In this document: one piece after another, positions 22,345-30,671 of the stretch | Position numbering within the stretch: the first letter of the stretch is position 1 | Layout: each line of letters opens with the position of its first letter | NCBI GenBank assembly: GCA_963797055.1 | Contig: CAWCOD010000005.1 | Location: 7,947-71,946 of the forward strand | DNA from: an uncultured Holophagae bacterium | GTDB lineage: Bacteria > Acidobacteriota > Thermoanaerobaculia > Thermoanaerobaculales > Sulfomarinibacteraceae | Reading direction: 5' to 3' | Length of the DNA: 64,000 nt | Notes under the pieces: generated by a model | The model's database searches: none | Told to the model about the DNA's origin: nothing | The model's input: the letters and a program-made list of their open reading frames with translations, nothing else | Made by a program: the position numbers and the translations under genes

Positions 22345-22372
22345 ACGCAGCGTTCGTCGCTGCGTTTTTTTC
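22345..22372 (+). terminator. Rho-independent terminator closing the pgl-like operon
   Basis: acgcagcg-ttcgt-cgctgcgt (8-bp perfect stem, 5-nt loop) followed by seven T. Confidence 0.85.
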
Positions 22373-22465
22373 TGTGTGATGCCGTATCTGACCCGGCTGT
22401 TGCGTATCCACCGCCCTGGCCCGACGACCGGCCCGTGGGTCGTCGAATCAACCCGATGGGAAACG

Positions 22466-23272
22466 TCAGCGAAGGGACCGGAACAGACGGCTGACCCTCG
22501 TGCGGAGGCCGGAAAGAGGGGAAACCGGGAGACCGAGCCATTTGGTGATCCCGAGCTCCAAGGCTGTGTCGTATGGCGACTTCTTCCGGTCGAGCCGCCG
22601 GGCCATGGCAGGGGTGTCGTTCCAGGTACCGTCCTTGTTGGCGGCATATGCCGCGCCGCAGAACAGGACGGTCTCCACATCGGATGGATCCTGCGAACAA
22701 TCTGATGTCCGGGCGGCCACGAAATCCGGGGTGGGAATTCTCACCGTTCGCCCGCTCATCTCCACCTCGCCCGTCTTCTGCTCGAGAAGCCCGAAGAGCG
22801 ACCCCGCGCTTCCCCAGCGCACGCCGCGGTGACCCGGCAGGGCTTCGAAATAGGTGTCCTCTTCTGTCGGATCAACCATCGGCACCAGCAGGGCGCCCTC
22901 GGCCGAGACCAGATCCCACCGACCGAACACCGCCCTTCCGGCGGAGGATGGACTGAGCACGACGACCGGGACACCGCTCTTTGCCACCTCGGTGGCGATG
23001 TCCCCGTGCAGGAGGGCCGTTGCGTGTTCTAAAGATGCTGCGGCGCCCCGGCATTGGGACAGGTTCACGTTGCCGGGGATGTCCCACCCGGCGGCATCAT
23101 GGATCTCTCTGACCAGGTGCCATGCGATGCCGCGAAGAAAGGTCGGAGTGGCCGAGTCCTCCTCGAAGAGACGTGCGATGTGCAGGGCGCGGGAGACGTC
23201 CGGGCCCTCGGGCGCATGCCGCCGATGCCAAAGCTCGATGGTCGTCTGAATCGTGCCGATGCTCGCCGCCAT
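22466..23272 (-). CDS. Hypothetical protein (268 aa)
   Basis: Uninterrupted ORF divergent from 23387..24601. I recognise no motif with confidence. Confidence 0.5.
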   Translation of the reverse strand: MAASIGTIQTTIELWHRRHAPEGPDVSRALHIARLFEEDSATPTFLRGIAWHLVREIHDAAGWDIPGNVNLSQCRGAAASLEHATALLHGDIATEVAKSGVPVVVLSPSSAGRAVFGRWDLVSAEGALLVPMVDPTEEDTYFEALPGHRGVRWGSAGSLFGLLEQKTGEVEMSGRTVRIPTPDFVAARTSDCSQDPSDVETVLFCGAAYAANKDGTWNDTPAMARRLDRKKSPYDTALELGITKWLGLPVSPLSGLRTRVSRLFRSLR

Positions 23273-23386
23273 GGGGGCATGATAGCTCGATGGTCAGAGA
23301 TGGGGTAGCCCGAGCGTGATCCGGAATTCCAGTCGCCGGCGCGAACGATGGGATTTCGATGTCCAACCCGCGAGTGGTAGGCTTCG

Positions 23387-24601
23387 ATGGTGGGTACCCC
23401 AGTGCAATTTGATCCCCCCTCCGTGGAGCTGAGTGCCGAGCTGAACTGGGTGCTGGCGCGGGCCTTCGGCCCGTTGGATGTGACGTGCGATGCCCGGCTG
23501 GATGGGAACGGACTGATCGATGGGGCGAAACGGCTGGCGTTGGCGGCGCGGATCGGGGCACGAATTCCACCCGAGGTCCTCGCGACGGAGGTGGGCGAGG
23601 ACGTCGCCGCGGGGTTGCAGCAGGCCTACGGTGACGCGGCGGCCCTCGATCTCGCCTCCGCGGGCCTGTGTCGTCAGATCGCAGCACTGGGAAACGCCAT
23701 CGAAACACCGGTCATCGCGTTGAAGGGTGCGGCCCTGCGGGAGTCCGGTATCACTGCCGCGGGTTCACGGCAGGCGTGTGACGTGGATGTGGTGACCCTC
23801 GAGTCGCGGCTCGACGACCTGCACCAGGCCGTTGTGTCGGAGGGATACCGGGTGTCTGATATGCGGTCCGCCGAACATGAACTCGACGCCCTCTTCCATC
23901 CGTCCGGGTTGATGATCGAGATCCACCGGTATGTCAGAGGCGTTCGAGTCGTGGAAGGTCGATCCGCAACCGCGGATGATCTGCTCGACAACGACCTGTG
24001 TCGAAGCCGTGGAGACGATGGGAGTGGGCTGCTGGTGCCCGATCCCCACGTCGTGCTCGCCCATCTCCTGGTCCACGGCATCGCCCAACACGGCAATGCG
24101 CCATGGTCGTACCCGCTGCTGCGGTTGGTGGGGGATGTGCAGGACATGGGGTTGGACCGAGCAGGTTGGTCGACCTTCCTCGAGAGGGGTTGGCCGTGGA
24201 TCGCTCGGGATGTGAGTCGTGCGGAAGCCACTGCCGTGTGGGAGATCGGGTGCCGGCTCGGGATGGGGGAGTCACCCGACGCGGTCATCGCCGGCAATGA
24301 CCCGTGCGGTCTGGTGCTGGCCCACATGGTGGCGGGCACGTTGGATGAGGAGTATCAGCGATCACTGCGGATCGCGCATCTGGCGCGGCCGGTGGCCGGG
24401 ACCACCGTCGGCCGAACCCTCGTAAGAAAAGTGATGACGAATCTCTGGCTGCGGCGCGGTGAGATCGACCAGATCTACGGGCCTCAACCCAATGCGGGCC
24501 GGTATCTGGCGATGCGCCTGTGGCGGCCTGTGGATCTCGCGCTGCAGGCCGCGGGATCACTTCGGGCACGGTCGGCGATCAAAAAACGGAGCAATCGGTA
24601 G
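23387..24601 (+). CDS. Uncharacterised nucleotidyltransferase family protein (NTP_transf_5-like)
   Basis: VIALKGAALRESGI...RQACDVDVVTLESRLDDLHQAVVSEGY...LMIEIHRYV fits the KG-aal...R...D-D-llv...G-y...E-H pattern of that family. The family is known to co-occur with lasso-peptide kinases. Confidence 0.6.
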   Translation: MVGTPVQFDPPSVELSAELNWVLARAFGPLDVTCDARLDGNGLIDGAKRLALAARIGARIPPEVLATEVGEDVAAGLQQAYGDAAALDLASAGLCRQIAALGNAIETPVIALKGAALRESGITAAGSRQACDVDVVTLESRLDDLHQAVVSEGYRVSDMRSAEHELDALFHPSGLMIEIHRYVRGVRVVEGRSATADDLLDNDLCRSRGDDGSGLLVPDPHVVLAHLLVHGIAQHGNAPWSYPLLRLVGDVQDMGLDRAGWSTFLERGWPWIARDVSRAEATAVWEIGCRLGMGESPDAVIAGNDPCGLVLAHMVAGTLDEEYQRSLRIAHLARPVAGTTVGRTLVRKVMTNLWLRRGEIDQIYGPQPNAGRYLAMRLWRPVDLALQAAGSLRARSAIKKRSNR

Positions 24602-24609
24602 CGATAAAT

Positions 24610-24640
24610 AATTCGCAATTCGCAATTCGCAATTCGCAAT
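24610..24640. repeat. Heptamer tandem array (AATTCGC x4.5)
   Basis: aattcgc aattcgc aattcgc aattcgc aat read directly, 9 nt after the stop at 24601. Confidence 0.9.
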
Positions 24641-24723
24641 GGAAGACCCTTGGAAACGCCTGTGTTGAGGCTGCGATCAGCACCGATGCGTGACAGCGAA
24701 AGTGTTCATTGAAAATGCAAAGG

Positions 24724-24752
24724 TTGACGGATGTCACAAACTCCCCCAGTAT
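24724..24752 (+). promoter_or_regulatory. Possible sigma70-type promoter (TTGACG-17 nt-CAGTAT)
   Basis: ttgacg at 24724-24729 and cagtat at 24747-24752, upstream of the small ORF 24777..25004. Pattern match only. Confidence 0.25.
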
Positions 24753-24776
24753 TGTGTGGTCTGATGGTGTGGAGGA

Positions 24777-25004
24777 ATGGGAGGGCGCACCGTGAGCGAG
24801 CTGCATCTCAGTGATCTTGCAGCGGATCTGGAGAGCTATATGGCCGAGCTGTCCGCCCGTCGGGCGTCCGCCTGCAGGGTGGGGCCGGAGAATCCCTTTG
24901 ACGGCCGCGACACTCCGGATCTCTTCACCATTCTGTCCGAGCCGTGGAGCGACACCGAGGTCGAGGAGTTCCTCGAGCTCGTGAAGGTGCCGGAAACCCT
25001 GTAG
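24777..25004 (+). CDS. Small acidic hypothetical protein (70-75 aa)
   Basis: ORF with a possible GTG start at 24792 preceded by gggaggg. It is followed by a strong hairpin terminator. No recognisable family. Confidence 0.4.
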   Translation: MGGRTVSELHLSDLAADLESYMAELSARRASACRVGPENPFDGRDTPDLFTILSEPWSDTEVEEFLELVKVPETL

Positions 25005-25032
25005 CCTCATTCCCGGGAAAAAAAGTTGAACG

Positions 25033-25058
25033 AGCCCCGATCATCGGGGCTGTTTTCT
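25033..25058. terminator. Hairpin terminator between convergent genes (likely bidirectional)
   Basis: agccccga-tca-tcggggct (8-bp stem) followed by gttttct. An A7 run at 25018-25024 lies on the other side. Confidence 0.7.
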
Positions 25059-25075
25059 GTAGAGGACACCAAGCA

Positions 25076-25103
25076 GTTACACGTTACACGTTTAACTTTC
25101 AAC
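25076..25103. repeat. Heptamer tandem array (GTTACAC type, 4 units)
   Basis: gttacac gttacac gtttaac tttcaac. It abuts and overlaps the stop codon of the ABC exporter at 25099. Confidence 0.75.
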
Positions 25104-26931
25104 TTCCTCCCGTTTCCATCTGCTCCCTCCACGCCCTGGCGTAGCGCCCATTCCGCGCCAGGAGTTTCTGATGGTTGCCCGACTCCACGATGCGTCCCTC
25201 GTCCAAAACGTGGATGATGTCGGCGCGCATGGCGGTGGTGAGGCGGTGCGAGATGATGATGGCGGTGCGGCCCTCGGCCACCAGGCGAAATCGCCGAGTC
25301 CATTCGATTTCGGACCACGAGTCCATCGCGCTGGTGGGTTCGTCGAGCAGGATCACCGGCGCCTCCCGAACAGCCGCACGGGCCAGGGCGATCCTCTGCC
25401 ATTCGCCCACCGACAACTCGGTTCCGCCGGTGAACCAGCTGCCGAGCAGGGTATCGAGCCCGTTGGGCAGTCGCCCTATGATGGCGTCGGCGCCGGCCAA
25501 CGACACGGCATCGTCGAGACAAGCGCTCGACGCGTTGTTGCCCACTGAGCCCAGCTCGATATTGCGCCGGACGGTCTCCGAGTAGTGCATGGGTTGCTGG
25601 AACAGGACGGTGACCAACCGCCGCGCCTCGGCCAGACCCATGTGTTTGAGGTCGCGCCCGCCGATTTCGATGAATCCCTCCTCGGGATCGTAGAGTCGGC
25701 ACAACAGCTTGAAGAGGGTGCTCTTGCCGGCGCCGTTGACTCCGAGCAGGGCGGCGATCTGGCCCGGCGCAACCTCCAGGTCGAAACCATCGAAGACGAG
25801 CCGATCCGAGCTGGGGTACCGGAAGGTCAGGTCGCGGAAAACAACACCTGGAGGCGACTCGGTCGGCTGCGGCTGTGGCTCGTCGGGATCCGAGATCTCC
25901 GGTTCCACGTCAAGAAATTCGAAGAGGTTTTCCAGGAACATGATGTTCGTGACGACCTGGCCGACGGTGGCAAGCAGGGTCCGCATGAGTTTCTGGCCCT
26001 GGTTGAACGCCTGGAAAAACATGGCCAGGCTGCCGAGAGTTGCGGCGCCGCGCAGCGTGCGTACCAGCATCCACGCCACCGCGGCGCCCATCACCACGAG
26101 GGCGGATGCCCCGGCCGCCATCTCGGCGAGGGCCTGAGAACGGGCGAGATCAATCTGTTCACCCCTGAGCCGCCGCCGGAGGTCGCGGAAGCGGGATGAG
26201 AACGTGCCGGCGAGGTCGAAGAGACGGATTTCGGGTGCCGGGTCCCGGTTGGTGAGGAGCCAGTCATAGTAATAGGAGCGCCGAATGTCGGATGTCGCGC
26301 CCACTCGCCAGCGGTGCTGCCGAATCGCGAACCGCAGCACCACCATGAAAACCGGAACCGCGCTCAGGACAAGGGCCAACGGCACCCACCAGCCGAATTG
26401 GAAGAGTACTCCCGCCATTGCCACCAGGGTGATGCCGTTTTGGAGCAGACTGCCCAGACCCTCCACCAGCGCGACGGGACGGCCGTAGGCGTCAATGCGC
26501 GCCCGGTGGAGCTGATCGTGGTATTTCGGAGTCTCGTAGTACGCCAGATCCACCGCGGTGGCCCGGTTGTGAATGAGTTTGGACAGGTGATCCGCCACGA
26601 GTTCCGACTGGGCGGTCCGCACCCACCGGGTCGCGGCCTGTAGGAGATCGGAAACAAGCATCAGGGCAGCCATGAGCAGGGCGAGCAGCAGCGGCTGTCG
26701 GATAGCGGCCCAGCTCCCACCGGCATCCACCGCCGCCACGAGACTGTCCACCAGGAACTTCGTAAGCGCGACGATGGCCACCGGCAAAATGCCCTGGACA
26801 ACCAGGAGAAGGACCCAGGCCACCGTCCACGCCCCGCCGGCCTCCCACACCAGACGGAGCGCCCGTGGGATATGGGGAAGCTGAGCGCGGACCTTGTTCA
26901 GCTTGGAGGTGAGTTCGCCGCCTTCGGGCAT
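25099..26931 (-). CDS. ABC transporter, fused permease/ATP-binding exporter (McjD-like position in the lasso module)
   Basis: N-terminal 6-TM ABC membrane domain. Walker A LLGVNGAGKSTLFKLL, signature ELSVGEWQRIALARA and Walker B VILLDEPTSAMD. Confidence 0.9.
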   Translation of the reverse strand: MPEGGELTSKLNKVRAQLPHIPRALRLVWEAGGAWTVAWVLLLVVQGILPVAIVALTKFLVDSLVAAVDAGGSWAAIRQPLLLALLMAALMLVSDLLQAATRWVRTAQSELVADHLSKLIHNRATAVDLAYYETPKYHDQLHRARIDAYGRPVALVEGLGSLLQNGITLVAMAGVLFQFGWWVPLALVLSAVPVFMVVLRFAIRQHRWRVGATSDIRRSYYYDWLLTNRDPAPEIRLFDLAGTFSSRFRDLRRRLRGEQIDLARSQALAEMAAGASALVVMGAAVAWMLVRTLRGAATLGSLAMFFQAFNQGQKLMRTLLATVGQVVTNIMFLENLFEFLDVEPEISDPDEPQPQPTESPPGVVFRDLTFRYPSSDRLVFDGFDLEVAPGQIAALLGVNGAGKSTLFKLLCRLYDPEEGFIEIGGRDLKHMGLAEARRLVTVLFQQPMHYSETVRRNIELGSVGNNASSACLDDAVSLAGADAIIGRLPNGLDTLLGSWFTGGTELSVGEWQRIALARAAVREAPVILLDEPTSAMDSWSEIEWTRRFRLVAEGRTAIIISHRLTTAMRADIIHVLDEGRIVESGNHQKLLARNGRYARAWREQMETGGS

Positions 26932-26943
26932 GGCCGGAGGGTA

Positions 26944-28041
26944 TCAGAGTCGAGAGGCGAGCGATTCCGGTGCGCGCGCCTCATTGCAGAGAGTATTGAG
27001 GGTGATCTCGGGTTCCTCCAGCATGTCGCGCCCGAGCCGGACGTCGAATCCCCGACAACTCTCGGCGAGAGTGGCCAGCACCGACAAAGCTCCTGCTCGT
27101 GCTCGGGGGTACCTTGGCGACAGGGTCAGTAGCGAGGCCGAAGATACAAGGGCCACCAGGGCCTCCTGTGTGGACAACGGTCGGATTCTGCTGGCGCGCA
27201 AGCGACGGTCGATCCCCAGCTGCCACAGTTGGTCCGGAATCAGTTCCGCGGCGAGGTTGTCGGGACACGACAGGCGATCGAGATAATGAGCGTCAACACC
27301 CTCGGTGGTCTTGCTTCTCAGCCCATCGGGCAACACCGCCAGGGTGGCGTCCCGGAAGCTGAAGTACGCCCTGAAAGGACCAAGCTGGACTCGGCCGTCG
27401 CATGGGCCCGCGAGGACGGAATCGTCCGACGCGACCCGCCCTCCGGATCGGATGGCGGCGGCGGTGATCGTTGATTTTCCGGCCCCGCTCCCGCCCACTC
27501 CAAGAACGGTATCGCGGCCGATCTGGAATGCTACTGCGTGGAGGCAGATCACACCGAGCCGACCCAGGGCGAGACCCATGGCGGTCTCCATGAGATCGGG
27601 GGACGGGCCGTCTTCCAGCCCAGCGGTCGGGGTCCATTCCACTTGGATGATCGGAGATTCCCGGGTCAGCCGGATCAGGCCGGTCGGGAATTGGAGCTCA
27701 TCGCCTCCACGGATCACGCGGTGTAGCGGGTGGACGGATCCAACGCGGGGTGGACTTGGAAGGGGACGACTGGTGGCTTGCGCACGTTGGACGGCCAGCA
27801 CGGCCGTACGCGGACCCGCAGGGTCCGCCGGGGCATGAACCACGGAGGTTTCCCACAATCGGGCCAGACGGTCGGCCTGAGCCGCGGTCAGTCCACGAAC
27901 TCTGACCGGGGTCCGGGGGCGTGTCCCGGTGAACCGGAAGTCGACGACCGTGGATTCAGCCCTCTGCGTCACCGGAATCCTCGTTGAAAGGTTGTTTGCG
28001 GGACGATTGCCATCTCTGTCGAACGCGATTATTGAGATCAA
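26944..28041 (-). CDS. HprK-related P-loop kinase (lasso-peptide kinase-like)
   Basis: VICLHAVAFQIGRDTVLGVGGSGAGKSTITAAAIRSGGRVASDDSV resembles the HPr kinase C-terminal domain. It lies directly downstream of the cyclase and the small ORF. Confidence 0.65.
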   Translation of the reverse strand: MISIIAFDRDGNRPANNLSTRIPVTQRAESTVVDFRFTGTRPRTPVRVRGLTAAQADRLARLWETSVVHAPADPAGPRTAVLAVQRAQATSRPLPSPPRVGSVHPLHRVIRGGDELQFPTGLIRLTRESPIIQVEWTPTAGLEDGPSPDLMETAMGLALGRLGVICLHAVAFQIGRDTVLGVGGSGAGKSTITAAAIRSGGRVASDDSVLAGPCDGRVQLGPFRAYFSFRDATLAVLPDGLRSKTTEGVDAHYLDRLSCPDNLAAELIPDQLWQLGIDRRLRASRIRPLSTQEALVALVSSASLLTLSPRYPRARAGALSVLATLAESCRGFDVRLGRDMLEEPEITLNTLCNEARAPESLASRL

Positions 28042-28099
28042 AGCTCATCAGCCGATGCGATGGTCGGCTGGCGCTTCCGCATTCTGGAATCAGGGCGTT

Positions 28100-28300
28100 C
28101 TACTTTCCGCTGCTGCCAAGACCGCCGCTGCCAAGCTTCGTTCTGCCACCCGACGGATTGTCAGGATTGTCGTCCACGGTCAAGGCATGAACGATGGAGG
28201 CAATTCGGCGCACCGTGACGGTTGGACGCTGATAGGAGCGCAGAATATGGCTGCGATCCGTGTCGTGTGTGCACTGCTGAGACATTCTGTCGACTTTCAT
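28100..28300 (-). CDS. Candidate lasso-peptide precursor (66 aa), non-canonical core
   Basis: ATG at 28300 with GGAG 9 nt upstream. Product: MKVDRMSQQCTHDTDRSHILRSYQRPTVTVRRIASIVHALTVDDNPDNPSGGRTKLGSGGLGSSGK. It has a YxxPxV leader-like motif and an ALT-V junction, and it sits between the cyclase and the kinase on the same strand. Confidence 0.4.
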   Translation of the reverse strand: MKVDRMSQQCTHDTDRSHILRSYQRPTVTVRRIASIVHALTVDDNPDNPSGGRTKLGSGGLGSSGK

Positions 28301-28376
28301 GATGACGAACTCCGGCCCAATCGTTAGGAACACTGTTCGACTGAGTTGTCTGAACCGTTAATGTAACATACTGCAC

Positions 28377-30077
28377 TCAAGAAGTGCAACTTCTTTCCCT
28401 TATGTAAACCTCAGCAACGTTCAAAAGCATGACGTTGAAAAGCGTTGCTTCGTCGTGATCACGGATCCGAGACACCTGTTGCATCCAATCGGGGTCAACG
28501 ATTTTCTGTCCCACGAGATTCCACGAAGACATTTCGGATTCAGCGACGACCTTGCGCGCGGTTGCTTGAAAAACGGGGCCATAGCCCGTCTTGTCCAGTC
28601 GATCAAGAACCGCTGGAGGCGCCAGACCCGCTCCCGCCAGTCGCAGAAGGTGTTTGTTGCGGATGCCGTGGGTGAGAGCCCGGCCCGGAACCCTCAGAGA
28701 GAATTCGATGACGTCGAGATCCATGAAGGGGCATCGGCGCTCCACGCCATATCTGGCCATGACCTGCTCGCCGCTTTCGAACTCATGCCAATTCTGAGTG
28801 AGGATCAGTTTGCGGAGCAGGGAGCGGCGCGACCGACTTCGGCGTTGTCGTCCGTCGAGTGCTGCGATTCGTCCGTCGAAATCGACGAACGGCCGTTTCC
28901 GCTCGGGGTGGAGCCATTCCAACGGCCCGGGAGATGTGGAAGTGAAACGGACGCGGCGCAAAACGGGTTGAATGAGGTGGCTGTGAATGAACCGGAATCG
29001 CGTCTGCCCGGGAACAAGCTGAAATCTGAAGAGGTCACGGACGAGTTCGAATAGATTTCCGGAGAGAAGGTCGTCGGCCAGGTAGGAGGTGGTACCCCCG
29101 AGCCACTCGTCGGCGCCTTCGCCGACGAGATCGATGCGGCGACCGTCTCGAGAAAGCCGCCGGGCGTGTTGTTCTGCGTAGGGCAACCCGCCGGAGTGGA
29201 GACCATCCACTTCGGCCGCGAGTCGCGCGACGTCGGGCCGGAGGTCGTCGGTTCTGAAGTCCATCAGCACGCCGTCCGTGCCGGTGAAACGATGGGTTTC
29301 CAGAATCCGGTCGGTTTCGTCGCACGCCAGACCCGGAAAGACGTGGGAGTAGGCTCGGCCCTGCGCCGCCACCGGATCGCCCCCTCGGATGCGTCGAGCC
29401 ACCAAACCCCACAGAACCGTGGAGTCGATACCACCGCTGAGACTGACCGCGAACGGAACATCCTCGAGGCATCGGTCCAAGGCACGATCGAGGAGAGCTT
29501 CGAGTTCGGCGACGAGTTCAGCCACGTCGTATCGTCGTCCACCCTCTGCCGGGGGCTTCCAAAAAGCCTCGCTGCGCGCCTCGGATCCGTCCGCCTCGGC
29601 CGGGAATTCGACGGCTGTGTTTGGTTGCAGGCGGGCAACCTGTCGTACAAGCGTCAGACACGGATCTTCGTGCTCGATGAGCATCTCCTGGACAAGCCCG
29701 TCCACATCGATCTCCGGACTGATTTCGGCCCCCGAAATCACCTGTCGGACCTCGGTGGCGATAAACCTGCGGTCGCCGGTTGAACCGTGGAAGAGTGGAC
29801 GGTGGCCGATGACGTCGCGAACCGCGAGCAGGGTGCGCAGCCTGCGGTCGTAGATGAGCATGGAGAATTCTCCGCGGAGCTTCGAGAAGAGGGCTCGGCC
29901 GAGATCCTCATAGGCCACGGCGACCCGGGCGGCATGGGAGGCATCGTCGGGGAATGACCAGTGGTGGCTCGAAGCGAGCTCGGCCCAGTTGCCGATGAAC
30001 CCGTGAACGGCCACCGTCCAGTTCCCTGCGGTGGCAAGCGACGCGTCCCCATTGTTGGCCTGGATCCCAAGGGCCAC
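28377..30077 (-). CDS. Asparagine-synthetase-like protein, probable lasso-peptide cyclase (C protein)
   Basis: AsnB-like fold with the ATP-pyrophosphatase motif FAVSLSGGIDSTVL. The N-terminus MALGIQ lacks the Cys2 nucleophile of glutamine-dependent Asn synthetases. Confidence 0.75.
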   Translation of the reverse strand: MALGIQANNGDASLATAGNWTVAVHGFIGNWAELASSHHWSFPDDASHAARVAVAYEDLGRALFSKLRGEFSMLIYDRRLRTLLAVRDVIGHRPLFHGSTGDRRFIATEVRQVISGAEISPEIDVDGLVQEMLIEHEDPCLTLVRQVARLQPNTAVEFPAEADGSEARSEAFWKPPAEGGRRYDVAELVAELEALLDRALDRCLEDVPFAVSLSGGIDSTVLWGLVARRIRGGDPVAAQGRAYSHVFPGLACDETDRILETHRFTGTDGVLMDFRTDDLRPDVARLAAEVDGLHSGGLPYAEQHARRLSRDGRRIDLVGEGADEWLGGTTSYLADDLLSGNLFELVRDLFRFQLVPGQTRFRFIHSHLIQPVLRRVRFTSTSPGPLEWLHPERKRPFVDFDGRIAALDGRQRRSRSRRSLLRKLILTQNWHEFESGEQVMARYGVERRCPFMDLDVIEFSLRVPGRALTHGIRNKHLLRLAGAGLAPPAVLDRLDKTGYGPVFQATARKVVAESEMSSWNLVGQKIVDPDWMQQVSRIRDHDEATLFNVMLLNVAEVYIRERSCTS

Positions 30078-30179
30078 GCCGTGTTCGATATGGTGTTCGG
30101 GGGCACCGCGATAGGGAGACCGGCGTCAGCATCCGGTGAAGCCGCAACGGCAGCTCGGGGTCCCCGCTTTCACCGATGA

Positions 30180-30671
30180 TTGCTACAATCGCGCCCATGC
30201 CGTAAGGCAAGTATATGGAAGTACGAACAGGATCAGCCACGCTTTCGTGACCCCGGAGATGTCGTTCTCTTTTTGAGGGCGCTGCCTCTGGCTCGGCGCG
30301 CCCAGAGGGTGGGAGGGACTCCGTTGCCGGAGGTTGTGGCCGCCATGGGCGGGGTGGCTGGACGGGAGAAGGAGGCCCGGCGGGTGCAGGTCGCGGCCGG
30401 CCGGGCATGCTCGGCGTACGGTCGGCTCTTCGGCGGACTCGACTCGTGTTTGACCCGTTCGTTGGTGGCTGGCGCCATGTTGTCGGAGGCGCACGACGTC
30501 GTCCTGCACGTAGGGTTCCGGCCCGGCTCGGACGATGTGCCCGTGGATGGCCACGCGTGGCTGACGGTGGACGGGGCGCGTCTGGACGCGATTCCCCCGG
30601 ACGATCTGGACCGTCCATACGCCGGGGTCCTTGAGATTCCCTTCGGGGTGCAGAGAAGGAGCGGAGGATGA
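30180..30671 (+). CDS. Lasso-peptide B2 protein (transglutaminase-like leader peptidase)
   Basis: SCLTRSLVAGAMLSEAHDVVLHVGF...VDGHAWLTVDG is the Cys...His signature of McjB-C-terminal/B2 proteins. The start is uncertain (TTG 30180, or ATG 30214 plus a shift). Confidence 0.75.
   Translation: MLQSRPCRKASIWKYEQDQPRFRDPGDVVLFLRALPLARRAQRVGGTPLPEVVAAMGGVAGREKEARRVQVAAGRACSAYGRLFGGLDSCLTRSLVAGAMLSEAHDVVLHVGFRPGSDDVPVDGHAWLTVDGARLDAIPPDDLDRPYAGVLEIPFGVQRRSGG

Noticed and set aside
28377-30077. The AsnB homologue as a housekeeping glutamine-dependent asparagine synthetase
   Set aside because: The N-terminus is MALGIQ with no Cys2 nucleophile. The gene is also embedded with B1/B2, kinase and ABC exporter genes.
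29961-30179. 72-aa plus-strand ORF upstream of B2 as the lasso precursor (...DMVFGGTAIGRPASASGEAATAARGPRFHR)
   Set aside because: Most of it is antisense to the cyclase N-terminus. It has no RBS, no leader motif and no acidic residue at core positions 7-9 for any Gly/Ala start.
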